DNA of 32,000 bases from NCBI GenBank assembly GCA_001192655.1, contig BBVC01000002.1, forward strand, positions 7,550 to 39,549, in the 5' to 3' direction. Shown piece by piece: positions 16,513-27,312 of the stretch (its first letter is position 1; each line of letters opens with the position of its first letter). A program made the position numbers and the translations under genes. The notes under the pieces were generated by a model. The model did no database searches. It was not told the origin of the DNA and saw only the letters and a list, made by a program, of their open reading frames with translations. The stretch is from Caedimonas varicaedens. GTDB lineage: Bacteria; Pseudomonadota; Alphaproteobacteria; Caedimonadales; Caedimonadaceae.

Positions 16513-17100
16513 TAATTTCTTTAAAAGGAAATTTACCGTGCGAATCGGCATTATCGAATTCATGTTACCTTCAGTATGCCAGTAATGGTTCACTGGGTCA
16601 TTAAATGGCACAGGATGATCCGAAATATTTCCCCAATGCGGATTATTATTGGCTGTGTATCGTACTGTAATGTAAGCTCGACTGTCGTGTTCAGCCGTTG
16701 CAAAAAAGTATGAAAACCATGTAACGCCCTGTGGGATATTTTTCACATCTTTTTCCTCCAGTAAATACGGGCCCAGTCCACCCATATAACAAGGGTTTGT
16801 TCTCACAGGCTCCTTATAGAGGGCTGACTTTAGTAGCGGCTCTTTTTGAAGGGGCACATATTCTTCGTTGTTGATCATAAGCAGTTTCCGTTTTTGAAAA
16901 GCCTTAACCATTTGAGAAAAACTGATTCCGAAAATATGCTCTTTGATAGCATTTTCTTGCACAGGAGAAAGAGAAGGCGCTATAAATCTGCTGTATCCTC
17001 CATATCCATCATCATCTTCTGAGAAAGATGGATCTGTAGCAAACAATGAGAGAGGAAAAAATAAAGAACTTAAAAGAAATAAAGAGAAGTATCGAACCAT
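16510..17100 (-). CDS. Secreted hypothetical protein (196 aa)
   Basis: Sec signal MVRYFSLFLLSSLFFPLSLFA. The C-terminal half is rich in His, Trp, Asn and Pro. I recognise no family. Confidence 0.6.
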   Translation of the reverse strand: MVRYFSLFLLSSLFFPLSLFATDPSFSEDDDGYGGYSRFIAPSLSPVQENAIKEHIFGISFSQMVKAFQKRKLLMINNEEYVPLQKEPLLKSALYKEPVRTNPCYMGGLGPYLLEEKDVKNIPQGVTWFSYFFATAEHDSRAYITVRYTANNNPHWGNISDHPVPFNDPVNHYWHTEGNMNSIMPIRTVNFLLKKL

Positions 17101-17249
17101 GTTACACCTTATTTTCAGGGTTGAATATCCACTATCCTCTTCAAAATAATAATGATTTCGATCTTTGTCAAATAACTAAAACAAAAAACATTTTCGATGT
17201 ACGTTCTGATCTTACTCATTTAACGAGTCTCTAAAAGCCTAGAAAAAAA

Positions 17250-18281
17250 TCAAGCTATCACTTCCAATGCTTTAAAAAGAGTCCCCATTTGTTGGGAAGA
17301 GGTTAATTTATAAAGTTGAAGCGCAAGCTGATTTTTATCTGCCTCTGTTGCCTTATGAGCGTGGGCTTGAGCCAGCTTGACAATTCCATGCTTCATCAAA
17401 AATTCAGATTGCGTTGCAATTCCCGCATTCTCGCCTGCAATTTCCTTTAAGACCCGAAAGTTGACATGTGCCGTTATGTCCACTGCGCCCGGATTTTCCA
17501 ATACAGGAACATAGCGATGACGGGATACGGCCTGCAAGGTATCTCCATAGCCCTCAACATACCCATAATCCATCGAAACAAACGCTCCTGAAACCTGGTT
17601 AAGATGATGAACAAGCTTCCTCATCATATCTTCCGCCAACGGACAATACTCGATTATCGCATCCGTCTTTACGAGAGGAAAAGAAAAGTTTGATACCTCA
17701 ATATCCCTGATACCAAAGGACAGCGTATGATCTTCAGAAATAATAACGCCCCGCTCAGCCCATCCCTGGGATGTTTTTTGAAATTGCCGCACAGGAAGCG
17801 CATCAAAAAATTCATTGGCAATGATAAGGACAGGAAGCGAATGAATAGCCTCAAGCAGTTCTGCGATCTCTTCATGCCAAAACACTCTGGGATGATGGAT
17901 AATATATTGTTGAGTTGCCTGCAGCTTGGGACTCGTCTCCATCAGGTGGATGTCAAGCGCATCAAAAAAATCAGGCAAGAGTTGTGCCGTACGAAGAAAG
18001 TCAGACATTAAAATGCCACGCCCTGGCCCCAATTCTACCAACGCTATTTTTTTGGGTTGATGAAGACGATAATAATGCTCAACAGCCCAAAAGCAAAGGG
18101 TCTCACCAAAAAGAAGACTGATTTCAGGAGATGTGATAAAATCAGCGTTGCTGCCCAAGGGCTGACGCTGCATATAGTACCCAAATTCAGGATGGTAGAG
18201 AGCGGCTGCCATAAACTCGGCGATGCTGATAAAACCTTCTTTCCTGATGAGATGGCAAATGTACTCTTTACAGAGGGTCAC
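17250..18281 (-). CDS. SAM-dependent methyltransferase, MidA/NDUFAF7 (DUF185) family
   Basis: ISIAEFMAAALYHPEFGYYM and ELGPGRGILM motifs. Start tentatively GTG 18281, a short overlap with the lgt stop. The tracked ATG at 18377 would overlap lgt by about 110 nt. Confidence 0.85.
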   Translation of the reverse strand: MTLCKEYICHLIRKEGFISIAEFMAAALYHPEFGYYMQRQPLGSNADFITSPEISLLFGETLCFWAVEHYYRLHQPKKIALVELGPGRGILMSDFLRTAQLLPDFFDALDIHLMETSPKLQATQQYIIHHPRVFWHEEIAELLEAIHSLPVLIIANEFFDALPVRQFQKTSQGWAERGVIISEDHTLSFGIRDIEVSNFSFPLVKTDAIIEYCPLAEDMMRKLVHHLNQVSGAFVSMDYGYVEGYGDTLQAVSRHRYVPVLENPGAVDITAHVNFRVLKEIAGENAGIATQSEFLMKHGIVKLAQAHAHKATEADKNQLALQLYKLTSSQQMGTLFKALEVIA

Positions 18282-19086
18282 GAGAAGAAGTCCGTTTATA
18301 AAAAAAGGAGATAAAAATAAGGATAATACCGAACAAGACAAGAGGCAAAGAGAGCCATTGCCCCAATGTCGTGCCACCTATCAGATAACCAATTTGAGCA
18401 TCTGGTTCCCGAAAACACTCAACAAAGATGCGCGCGCACCCATAACCTATAAAAAATATTCCACAAAGTAAACCCTGTCTCTGGCGACGTACATCCGTAT
18501 AGGTTGCAATGAGATGCAGAACCATAAAAAGTACAATTCCTTCAAGAAAAGCTTCATAAAGCTGACTGGGATGCCGCAGCAGAGAATCTACCTTTGGAAA
18601 AACGACGCCCCAGGAAACAGTTGCAGGACGCCCCCATAGCTCCCCATTAATGAAATTGGCACAGCGTCCGAAAAATAGGCCAATGGGCACAGCTGTTGCA
18701 ATAAGGTCACCCAATTCCAGCAAGGGAAGTTTTTTACGGTGACAATACCAAAGCGTCGCCAGAATGACGCCAAGAAGACCGCCATGAAAAGCCATTCCTG
18801 GTCGCCAGATATAAAAAATTTCAAGAAGATGCCGGGAATAATAATCAAAGTTGTAAAAGAGAGCAATGCCAAGACGCCCCCCTAGAATGATCCCAAAAAT
18901 AGCCCACGGAATATAATCACTCAATGCCTTTTCAGATATGCCAAACGGCTTCCTTCTTATCTGCCAGAGACAATATCGCCACGCCAAAAGAATCCCAACA
19001 GCATATGAAATACCGTACCAATGAATTTTAAGGAAACCCAGATCAAGGGCAACGGGATTGAAGGAAGGGAAGAGAAAGACAAACAT
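18268..19086 (-). CDS. lgt: Prolipoprotein diacylglyceryl transferase
   Basis: LGFLKIHWYGISYAVGILLA, HGGLLG and GRCANFINGELWGRP are classic Lgt motifs. Confidence 0.95.
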   Translation of the reverse strand: MFVFLFPSFNPVALDLGFLKIHWYGISYAVGILLAWRYCLWQIRRKPFGISEKALSDYIPWAIFGIILGGRLGIALFYNFDYYSRHLLEIFYIWRPGMAFHGGLLGVILATLWYCHRKKLPLLELGDLIATAVPIGLFFGRCANFINGELWGRPATVSWGVVFPKVDSLLRHPSQLYEAFLEGIVLFMVLHLIATYTDVRRQRQGLLCGIFFIGYGCARIFVECFREPDAQIGYLIGGTTLGQWLSLPLVLFGIILIFISFFYKRTSSRDPL

Positions 19087-19094
19087 CGTTAAAT

Positions 19095-20081
19095 TTACCT
19101 ATAGGGATCAGGCTTTAGAAGATAATTTTGTACATATTGACACGCCCCTTCTTCCAATGAGGTAAAGGAAGCGGTATATCCCGCTTTATGAAGACGGCTC
19201 ATATTTGCTTGTGTAAAATATTGATATTTCTCCCGTAAGGAAAGAGGCATATCAATAAATTCAATGGAAGGCTCTTTTCCCAAAGCTTTAAAAACACTTA
19301 CCGCCAGATCATAAAAACTGCGCGCTTTCCCTGTTCCCAGGTTGAACAAACCACTGATATGAGGATGATTGTAAAGCCATAGCATAACATCAACACAATC
19401 ATCAACCCAGATAAAGTCGCGCGATTGCTCTCCATCCCCAAACGGCTCACGGTAGGATTTGAAGAGACGTGCCGATTGCCCCTGAGAAATCTGGTTGAAA
19501 ATCTGAATGACCACACTACGCATGCCTGCTTTGTGATATTCATTGGGGCCATAGACATTGAAAAATTTCAAGCCCGCGCATTGCGGTGGAAATCCTGATC
19601 CAGCCTTAACGGCTACCGCAACACGCCGATCAAAGAGATGCTTGCTCCAGCCATACACATTAAGAGGGATCAATTTTGCAAGCGTCGTTTCATCATCTCC
19701 ATCTTCAAAGCCTGCAGATCCATCTCCGTAAGTAGCCGCAGAAGAAGCATAAACCAGGCGGATATTATTCAAAACACACGCTTCAAAAAGCATCATGGAG
19801 AATTTAAAGTTCATGGACATGATCAAATCGGCGTCTGTTTCAGTGGTCGAGCTATTGGCGCCCATATGATAAATGATTTTAATATTGCGCCCGTGACGTT
19901 CGAGAAAAGCCTGAAAATCTTGAGGCGCAATCAGATCAGCAATGGAACGCCGCTTGAGATTCTGCCACCGCTCGTCAGTCCCCAGAACGTCACAAACAAA
20001 AACCGGACCCAATCGATTTTCTTCAAGCCTGGCGACCAGATTTGAACCGATAAAACCTGCTCCCCCCGTGACAACAATCAT
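19095..20081 (-). CDS. hldD: ADP-L-glycero-D-manno-heptose 6-epimerase
   Basis: MIVVTGGAGFIGSN..., YASSAATYG, NVYGWSK, FNVYGP and FNLGTG are collinear with E. coli HldD/RfaD as I recall it. Confidence 0.92.
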   Translation of the reverse strand: MIVVTGGAGFIGSNLVARLEENRLGPVFVCDVLGTDERWQNLKRRSIADLIAPQDFQAFLERHGRNIKIIYHMGANSSTTETDADLIMSMNFKFSMMLFEACVLNNIRLVYASSAATYGDGSAGFEDGDDETTLAKLIPLNVYGWSKHLFDRRVAVAVKAGSGFPPQCAGLKFFNVYGPNEYHKAGMRSVVIQIFNQISQGQSARLFKSYREPFGDGEQSRDFIWVDDCVDVMLWLYNHPHISGLFNLGTGKARSFYDLAVSVFKALGKEPSIEFIDMPLSLREKYQYFTQANMSRLHKAGYTASFTSLEEGACQYVQNYLLKPDPYR

Positions 20082-20282
20082 TATTCTTACCTTTGGAATA
20101 CATAATTTTCTTATATAAACACATTCGGCGATTATAACAACTTTTCTAAAGAATTTGTTTGAAAGATTTTTTACTCTATATTCGTGACATCTTGCATTAT
20201 AAGCTAATTCACGTCATAATTCCATATTACAGGCTTAGAGTAGAAGCTTGTAACCTTATAAAACTATAACAGGGAGATGAAA

Positions 20283-20531
20283 ATGAGTGAATGGAAAGAA
20301 CAAGGAGCATGGATATGGGTTCGTTGGAACACAGGCGCTCCACAAGACGCTTGGAAAGAATGGGGAGCATCTAATCTCAAAGTCTGGTCTACAACAGGTG
20401 AATGGGATTGTAAAGTTTGGGTTCCTGCAAAAAGTGCAGATGAAATCGAACAATTTGTATGGAACAAGGTTCGTAAAAATAAATGGGTAAAAGATACGAA
20501 AACAGAATGGGCCTGGCAATGCGCTGCCTAA
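20283..20531 (+). CDS. Trp-rich small protein resembling a stand-alone Lrp/AsnC (RAM) ligand-binding domain
   Basis: AGGGAG SD at 20271-20276, 6 nt before ATG 20283 (the tracked start at 20277 abuts the SD). The product is 82 aa with 13 Trp. The TTGEWDCKVWV...EIEQFVW...KWVKDTKT pattern parallels the vTGeyDl...l..fv...pGV.dT.T pattern of RAM domains. A T7-tailed hairpin lies downstream on +. Confidence 0.7.
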   Translation: MSEWKEQGAWIWVRWNTGAPQDAWKEWGASNLKVWSTTGEWDCKVWVPAKSADEIEQFVWNKVRKNKWVKDTKTEWAWQCAA

Positions 20532-20601
20532 GTTCTTCCTGAATGTAATGCGCAGGATTCGGGTTTCTTCTGGAAACCTCAGTATGAGAAACTGCACAAG
20601 A

Positions 20602-20667
20602 GGGGGGACGAGTTGGTAGGTGCATAAACTATTAAGTATGCTCTAGAACAATTTCGTCCCTTTTTTT
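20602..20667 (+). terminator. Long-hairpin rho-independent terminator of the Trp-rich ORF
   Basis: GGGACGA (20605-20611) pairs with TCGTCCC (20654-20660). An inner GCATA/TATGC helix lies within the loop. Seven T follow at 20661-20667. Confidence 0.5.
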
Positions 20668-20770
20668 CTTCGCTCGAAAGAGATCAATGATTTTATGCTT
20701 CACAAGAATATTTATTACCCTCCTGTAAGTTGCTTTTATAAATTATCTCTGCTGTTTATTTTCTCAGGAG

Positions 20771-22075
20771 TCAGGCTCGCTTTGCCCCAAACATGAAAGG
20801 GAGAGACGTGCGATATTCGAAGTGATGAGAGAAAAACACCAGCACTAAAAAGCAGGGAACGCAGGCACAGGCTGTCAGTAAATAAAAATCCACCCACTCC
20901 AGTCGATCAGCACTCCACCCAGCGAGAGAAGAAAACGATACGCGGGCAAGAGAACCAATCGACGAGAGAAGAGCATAATGGGTCGCTGTAAAAGGCATGC
21001 GACACAGATTGGAGAGATACGCAATAAAAGATGCCGTTCCCATTCCACACGTAAAATTTTCTATACCAATTGTTGCAAAAAGCATCCATAAATCATGACC
21101 CATATGAGCTTGAAGAGCAAACATCAGGCAAGAGAAAATCTGGAGAAGGGAACAAATAATCAGTGTATCAATCAGAGGCTTGCGCGTCAGCATAAGGCTG
21201 CCCATAAACCCACCCAGAATCACAGCACCAATACCAAAAGATTTGGCGACATGCGCAATTTCAATTTTGCTGAAGCCTGTCTCCAAAAGAAAAGGAGCTG
21301 TCATGACGTTCAGAATCGTGTCGCCAATTTTATAACAAAAAATGTATAAAACAATAATTTGCCAATTTTCCTGCTTTAGAAAACTGAGAAGCGAGAGGCG
21401 TATTTTTGACAGAAGATGAGAATACCCTCTTGAAGAAGCAGAGCTCTGGAGATTATAGGAGTTCTGGGGTTCAGGACTTAAAAGTGTTGTTATAATTCCT
21501 ACGCTGACGCATGCTGCCATAAAAGCATACGTCACGAACCAGCTAAAGTAGGAAGCAAGATAAAGCGCGCCCGCCCCGGAAACCCACATGCCAAATCGAT
21601 AACCCAGCATAGAAGCTCCGGCACCGGGACCAATTTCATGAGCATCCAAAACTTCAACACGATAAGCTTCAAAAACAATATCCTGGGTTGCCGAACATAA
21701 AGCGACCAGAACCCCTGCAAGGGCTGTCATGAAAATATGAGTATGGGGATTGGTTGTCCCCAACAAAAGTAGAGCAAAAATTAAACAAAGTTGACTGCCC
21801 AAAAGCCAGCCTTTGCGCCTGCCAAAAATTTTTGTCAGAAAAGGAAAAGGTAAATGATCAATGAAAGGAGCCCAAAGAAATTTAAGAGTATAGGGCAACG
21901 TAATAAGGACAAAAAAACCAATAACCGTTTTGTGGGCGCCCGCCTCTGAAAGCCATACATGGAGAGTCGCCAGTGTTAATAAAAAAGGCAACCCGCTTGA
22001 AAAACCCAAAAAGAAAATCCCAAAAATACGGGGATCTCGATAAATAGCTGTACTTTGATGAGAAGAAATAGTCAC
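20771..22075 (-). CDS. ampG: Muropeptide permease AmpG (MFS)
   Basis: Polytopic MFS protein with the GFSSGLPFLLT...TL..WL N-terminal signature of AmpG. GTG start. Confidence 0.88.
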   Translation of the reverse strand: MTISSHQSTAIYRDPRIFGIFFLGFSSGLPFLLTLATLHVWLSEAGAHKTVIGFFVLITLPYTLKFLWAPFIDHLPFPFLTKIFGRRKGWLLGSQLCLIFALLLLGTTNPHTHIFMTALAGVLVALCSATQDIVFEAYRVEVLDAHEIGPGAGASMLGYRFGMWVSGAGALYLASYFSWFVTYAFMAACVSVGIITTLLSPEPQNSYNLQSSASSRGYSHLLSKIRLSLLSFLKQENWQIIVLYIFCYKIGDTILNVMTAPFLLETGFSKIEIAHVAKSFGIGAVILGGFMGSLMLTRKPLIDTLIICSLLQIFSCLMFALQAHMGHDLWMLFATIGIENFTCGMGTASFIAYLSNLCRMPFTATHYALLSSIGSLARVSFSSLAGWSADRLEWVDFYLLTACACVPCFLVLVFFSHHFEYRTSLPFMFGAKRA

Positions 22076-22141
22076 GGGATATAAGTTCTCTGCTTGTGAA
22101 ACAAAATGATTATACCAAATCTGATACCCTAAATCACTTAT

Positions 22142-22564
22142 TTAAGGAAGAAGATCAACATTTTCTGACTGTAATTCCTTAAGCGCCTGAGCGCAATACC
22201 CCAGATCACGCCAGGAACAGCCTTCACAAATTTCTTGAAACTTATCGTAAGAAATTGACGTCTTTATCTTTTCTTTGGCTTCACCCCATGTCAAAACTTG
22301 TCCTGTGTGCAGGGAAAGCACCTCTTGATGCCGTACATCCAGGACAGCTATTTTCTCCTGATCCTTGCATAAAGCGCCGCGTTTATGAGGACAGGGGCCA
22401 CAAATACTATCTGTCTGTTGGACGACTTGAATAGGGATGCCATCTCCCTCGCGACTGTTCAAGATATCAGAAATCTGCTGAAAATTATCAATAAATTGAG
22501 GAGAATAACCTTTCCTCTGAAATCCTAAAGTACACAGAAAGTGATGAGGGCGATATTGGATCAT
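22142..22564 (-). CDS. DUF1284 domain protein (Cys-rich)
   Basis: YRPHHFLCTLGFQRKGYSP...CGPCPH...CEGCSW, as I recall for DUF1284. Start set at ATG 22564 (GGGAGA SD). Confidence 0.75.
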   Translation of the reverse strand: MIQYRPHHFLCTLGFQRKGYSPQFIDNFQQISDILNSREGDGIPIQVVQQTDSICGPCPHKRGALCKDQEKIAVLDVRHQEVLSLHTGQVLTWGEAKEKIKTSISYDKFQEICEGCSWRDLGYCAQALKELQSENVDLLP

Positions 22565-22601
22565 ATGAATTTCTCCCGACAACGAAAGAAGCATTTTCGC
22601 T

Positions 22602-24251
22602 TTATTCGGTCTTTGGACACTTGTATAAATAAATGAGCTTTTCCTGATGGATCAGACAGACTGCAGGATACGCTTCTTCAAAATTATGTTTTTGCTCATG
22701 AAAAACAACTATATAAGCTCCTTGGTGAGATAAAAGCTGCTGAAATTGTTCAGATGAAAGATTCAGCAATGCTCCCTGTTGTGTACGAAGGCCAAAATAT
22801 AAATCATTACTGAGACTTTCCACGATAGGAACATTTTTCTTGGCATAAAAGCGTACAGAGGACATTTTCTCAAAGTCCCTATATAAAACCAAAGGCAAAT
22901 TTTCAGAAGGAAGCTGTTGCATTATTTTCCGTGCCGAGAAAAGCGGTTCAACCTGTTGAGCCATCACAAGACTGATCAATAAAAAAGGAACCATTTGAAA
23001 AGCTGTAAGGCTTTCAGGCCAAAAGCGCAGATGTTTGAAAAATTTCAGGCTATATATCATCATAACGGAACACCCCAGCCAAATCCAAAAGAAAACATCT
23101 GGCATCCCTGCCACAAACGGCCGAAGTTTACTCGGTAGAAAAGAAACCCTGTAAAAGGAAATCAGTCCTGCAGCAGGAAGGAAAATTGCAAGAAATAAAG
23201 CAACTGCTTGCCGTATTTTCTTAAGACTTTCTACTTCAGAAAAAGCTTCCAGTTTGTGGGCAAAAAGCAGGGCAAGAGGCGGAAATATAGTCACAAGATA
23301 ATAATTCGCCTTGGCCTGGGACACGCTGAAAAAACCAAAGAAAACAAGAACCCACACCCATAAAAAAATCAGCAGGGATTTATCGTGAGAAGATCTTTTG
23401 AAAATAAGGGGAAGCGTAAAACTCCAGGGCAGAGCCGTTAGGAAGAGACGTGGAAAATAATAATACCACGGACCATGATAATAATCTTTGGGAATGCGAC
23501 GTCCCAAAAATCTCAGGAAATGTTCATTGATAAAATAAAAGTGGATAAATTCTTTTTCCTGAAAGCTCGCCGCTATATGCCAGGGAAGGACAACTGCCAG
23601 GAAAAGAAGAATCCCCCAGCAATCTAGGAATGTTCTAAGACGTTCTTGCAAGCTCCCTGTCAAAATCAAAACAAGAAGGGTGACCAGACCAACGAGTCCC
23701 AGCGCCACAATCCCTTTTGTCATAACAGCCAGAGCAAGAAAAAGATAAAAAAATCTCAGGCTCACTTTATGGTGCGTTTTATACCACATAAAAAATGAGA
23801 AAAGAGAAGCTGATAAAAAGAGCGTCAGAAGAACATCAAAAAACACCATACGGGAGAAAATAACCAGTCCCCCCATTGTTAAGAGAACCAGAAGACTTAA
23901 ACGCGCCGTTACAAGAGATCCCATTGCTCGGGCAAAAAAATAAGTCACTAGAGACAATGCCACACCCGCTGTAGCAGGAATTAAGCGGGCGGTTGTCTCA
24001 GAGACACCTCCAATCTTATAGACAAGAGCAATAAGCCAATAAAGAAGAGGCGGCTTTTCAATATAGGGAACACCATTTAAATATGGGATGATGTATTGTC
24101 CGCTTTCAAGCATTTCTCGCGGAATTTCTGCATACAGCCCCTCATTATTATTCAAAAGTCCATAGCTTCCAAGATCATAGTAATAAAGAAAGAAAAGAAG
24201 TATAAGGAGAACGCTGTCAAGCAACGATAATTTTGAGATATAGAGTCTCAT
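22602..24251 (-). CDS. ArnT-like membrane glycosyltransferase (GT39/GT83, PMT_2 fold)
   Basis: Polytopic protein (more than 10 predicted TM helices by eye). The N-terminal loop EGLYAEIPREMLESGQYIIPYLNGVPYIEKPPLLYW is typical of ArnT/PMT-type transferases. Confidence 0.85.
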   Translation of the reverse strand: MRLYISKLSLLDSVLLILLFFLYYYDLGSYGLLNNNEGLYAEIPREMLESGQYIIPYLNGVPYIEKPPLLYWLIALVYKIGGVSETTARLIPATAGVALSLVTYFFARAMGSLVTARLSLLVLLTMGGLVIFSRMVFFDVLLTLFLSASLFSFFMWYKTHHKVSLRFFYLFLALAVMTKGIVALGLVGLVTLLVLILTGSLQERLRTFLDCWGILLFLAVVLPWHIAASFQEKEFIHFYFINEHFLRFLGRRIPKDYYHGPWYYYFPRLFLTALPWSFTLPLIFKRSSHDKSLLIFLWVWVLVFFGFFSVSQAKANYYLVTIFPPLALLFAHKLEAFSEVESLKKIRQAVALFLAIFLPAAGLISFYRVSFLPSKLRPFVAGMPDVFFWIWLGCSVMMIYSLKFFKHLRFWPESLTAFQMVPFLLISLVMAQQVEPLFSARKIMQQLPSENLPLVLYRDFEKMSSVRFYAKKNVPIVESLSNDLYFGLRTQQGALLNLSSEQFQQLLSHQGAYIVVFHEQKHNFEEAYPAVCLIHQEKLIYLYKCPKTE

Positions 24252-24302
24252 AAAACATAAATTCCGTATTTAATGGCTTAGTTATAGGGCGAGTTCTTGC
24301 AA

Positions 24303-25247
24303 ATGGCAATCCTTCAAAAAGCTGTGGCAATTGTTATTGCTGGACCTACCGCATCAGGGAAATCACATCTTGCTCTTGAACTTGCACAGGCCTTTAATGG
24401 TGTGATCATTAATGCAGACAGTGTCCAACTTTATGAGAATCTGTCTATTCTCAGCGCCCAACCGACACCTGATGATTTTTGCAAGGCAACTCATCGCCTC
24501 TATGGCATATTACCAGGAGAAAAAAATTGTACCGCCGCATTGTGGTGCGAGATGGCCAGAGATATATTGCAAGAATGTTGCCAAAACAGGAAACTGCCTC
24601 TTATTACAGGGGGAACGGGCTTTTATTTAAAAGCCCTGATGGAAGGACTTGTCCCTACTCCCCCCATCCCCAAAGAAATACGGGATAAAACCATCGCACG
24701 ATGTCATGAAATCGGCTTAAAAAATCTTTTCAGGGAAGTTGAAGGTTTTGACCCGGATATTGCAAAACGCTTGCAAGTCCAGGATCAACAACGGATCATG
24801 CGTGCCTGGGAAGTCTATCACTTTACAGGGAAGCCCCTTTCCGTTTGGCAAGCATCCCCAAGAGTTTTATATGCCCCTGAATATACTTTTCTGTCTGTAT
24901 ATCTTAACCCGCCCCGTGAAAAGCTGCTGCAAAAAGCAGATTCAAGACTGAATAAAATGATTGAACAGGGGGCATTGGCAGAAGTCAAATCATTGCTTGA
25001 TAAAAAAATCCCCCGGTCGGCACCTGTGTTTAAGGCGTTGGGCGCACTACAACTGGCTGATTACCTGGAAGGTTTGATCACATTGGAAAAAGCTCTAGAA
25101 AAAACCAGGAAAATAACCCATAATTATATCAAACGCCAACAAACCTGGTTTCGTCATCAATTAGCGACTCCTTATCGAATTGATGATTTTTATTGCGAAG
25201 ACACTTTCCGATACGTTCAATCAGTGATAAAAGAGTTTAATTACTAG
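24303..25247 (+). CDS. miaA: tRNA dimethylallyltransferase
   Basis: P-loop GPTASGKS, then INADSVQLYENLSILSAQPT. The start is ATG 24303 or TTG 24297. Confidence 0.93.
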   Translation: MAILQKAVAIVIAGPTASGKSHLALELAQAFNGVIINADSVQLYENLSILSAQPTPDDFCKATHRLYGILPGEKNCTAALWCEMARDILQECCQNRKLPLITGGTGFYLKALMEGLVPTPPIPKEIRDKTIARCHEIGLKNLFREVEGFDPDIAKRLQVQDQQRIMRAWEVYHFTGKPLSVWQASPRVLYAPEYTFLSVYLNPPREKLLQKADSRLNKMIEQGALAEVKSLLDKKIPRSAPVFKALGALQLADYLEGLITLEKALEKTRKITHNYIKRQQTWFRHQLATPYRIDDFYCEDTFRYVQSVIKEFNY

Positions 25248-26372
<1,125 letters not shown>

Positions 26373-26409
26373 TTGGATGAAAGTCAAAGATCAAAAATAG
26401 GAATCCCTC

Positions 26410-27312
26410 ATGAAGCCCTGGATGATCTTATCAGCCGTAAAACGACCGCAAACTGTCAACTATCTTTGGCCTCGCCTAAAGATAAGCCTGTTTTTTATGA
26501 GCGCTTTCCTCTTGTCGCTTCTGACATATTTCGATGCACATCTTCAAACCAAAAGTAGGTCTGCTCTTTTAGATGCCACGGCTTTTATTACAGACTTGTG
26601 TCGTTGGCCTGCTCAGACAGGAAGTTTCTTGACAGCCTCTCTTGTTTCTCACTTTGACGTTTACGAAAAAAACAAAAAGTTAAGAGATGAAAATCGGACT
26701 TTACGCGCACAACATTCTCTTACACTTGCACTGGCTGCTGAAAACAATCGCTTGCGGAACAAATTAAAAGTTATTAAGGAAATAGAGCCGGAATTTTCAT
26801 CTGTCCGCGTGATAGGAGCCGCAAAGTCGCCTTATCAACACAACGTGCTGTTGGGAAGTGGGAAAAAAGAAGGAATTCAGGTAAAAAGCGCTGTCCTCGT
26901 TGACCGTCAGATTCTGGGGCGCATCATTGAAGTAGGCAACTATTCCTGCCGCGTCCTTCTTATTACAGATCCGCAATCTCATATTCCGATTGTTCTGGAA
27001 AAATCAGGAGTTCAGGGCATTCTTTCAGGTGATAATTCATCTCTCATGAGAATCAGGGTTGTTGAAAAAACTTTAATCTCTTCGACAGGCAATGCCGTAC
27101 ACTCTTTAAAAGAAGGAGAACAAAGGCCAAAAGTAGCAAAAGGAGAATACGTTTTTTCTTCTGGTCAGGGTGGCGTTTTCCCAACAGGCTTTGTCGTTGG
27201 CCGCGTTGTCGAGGTGACTCCTCATGAAATCCTTGTTCAGTCCATGATTGACATGATGCAGCTTGAATATGTTCAGGTGGTCAAGCCTTATGAAGAGCCT
27301 GTTGATGACTGA
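26410..27312 (+). CDS. mreC: Rod-shape-determining protein MreC
   Basis: Position after mreB, an N-terminal TM segment, a coiled-coil ENRTLRAQ...ENNRLRNKL, and a C-terminal beta domain (GGVFPTGFVVGRV). Confidence 0.9.
   Translation: MKPWMILSAVKRPQTVNYLWPRLKISLFFMSAFLLSLLTYFDAHLQTKSRSALLDATAFITDLCRWPAQTGSFLTASLVSHFDVYEKNKKLRDENRTLRAQHSLTLALAAENNRLRNKLKVIKEIEPEFSSVRVIGAAKSPYQHNVLLGSGKKEGIQVKSAVLVDRQILGRIIEVGNYSCRVLLITDPQSHIPIVLEKSGVQGILSGDNSSLMRIRVVEKTLISSTGNAVHSLKEGEQRPKVAKGEYVFSSGQGGVFPTGFVVGRVVEVTPHEILVQSMIDMMQLEYVQVVKPYEEPVDD

Noticed and set aside
18282-18377. Longer MidA methyltransferase N-terminus starting at ATG 18377
   Set aside because: It would overlap lgt by about 110 nt, and the extra residues look like out-of-frame lgt sequence. 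The conserved MidA N-terminal region begins just after GTG 18281.
20256-20625. Minus-strand ORFs (113, 67 and 78 aa) opposite the Trp-rich gene, and the + frame at 20287-20490
   Set aside because: TGG-rich sense codons automatically give open, Pro-rich (CCA) antisense frames. The SD, the RAM-like motif order and the T7 terminator all support the + strand frame from 20283.
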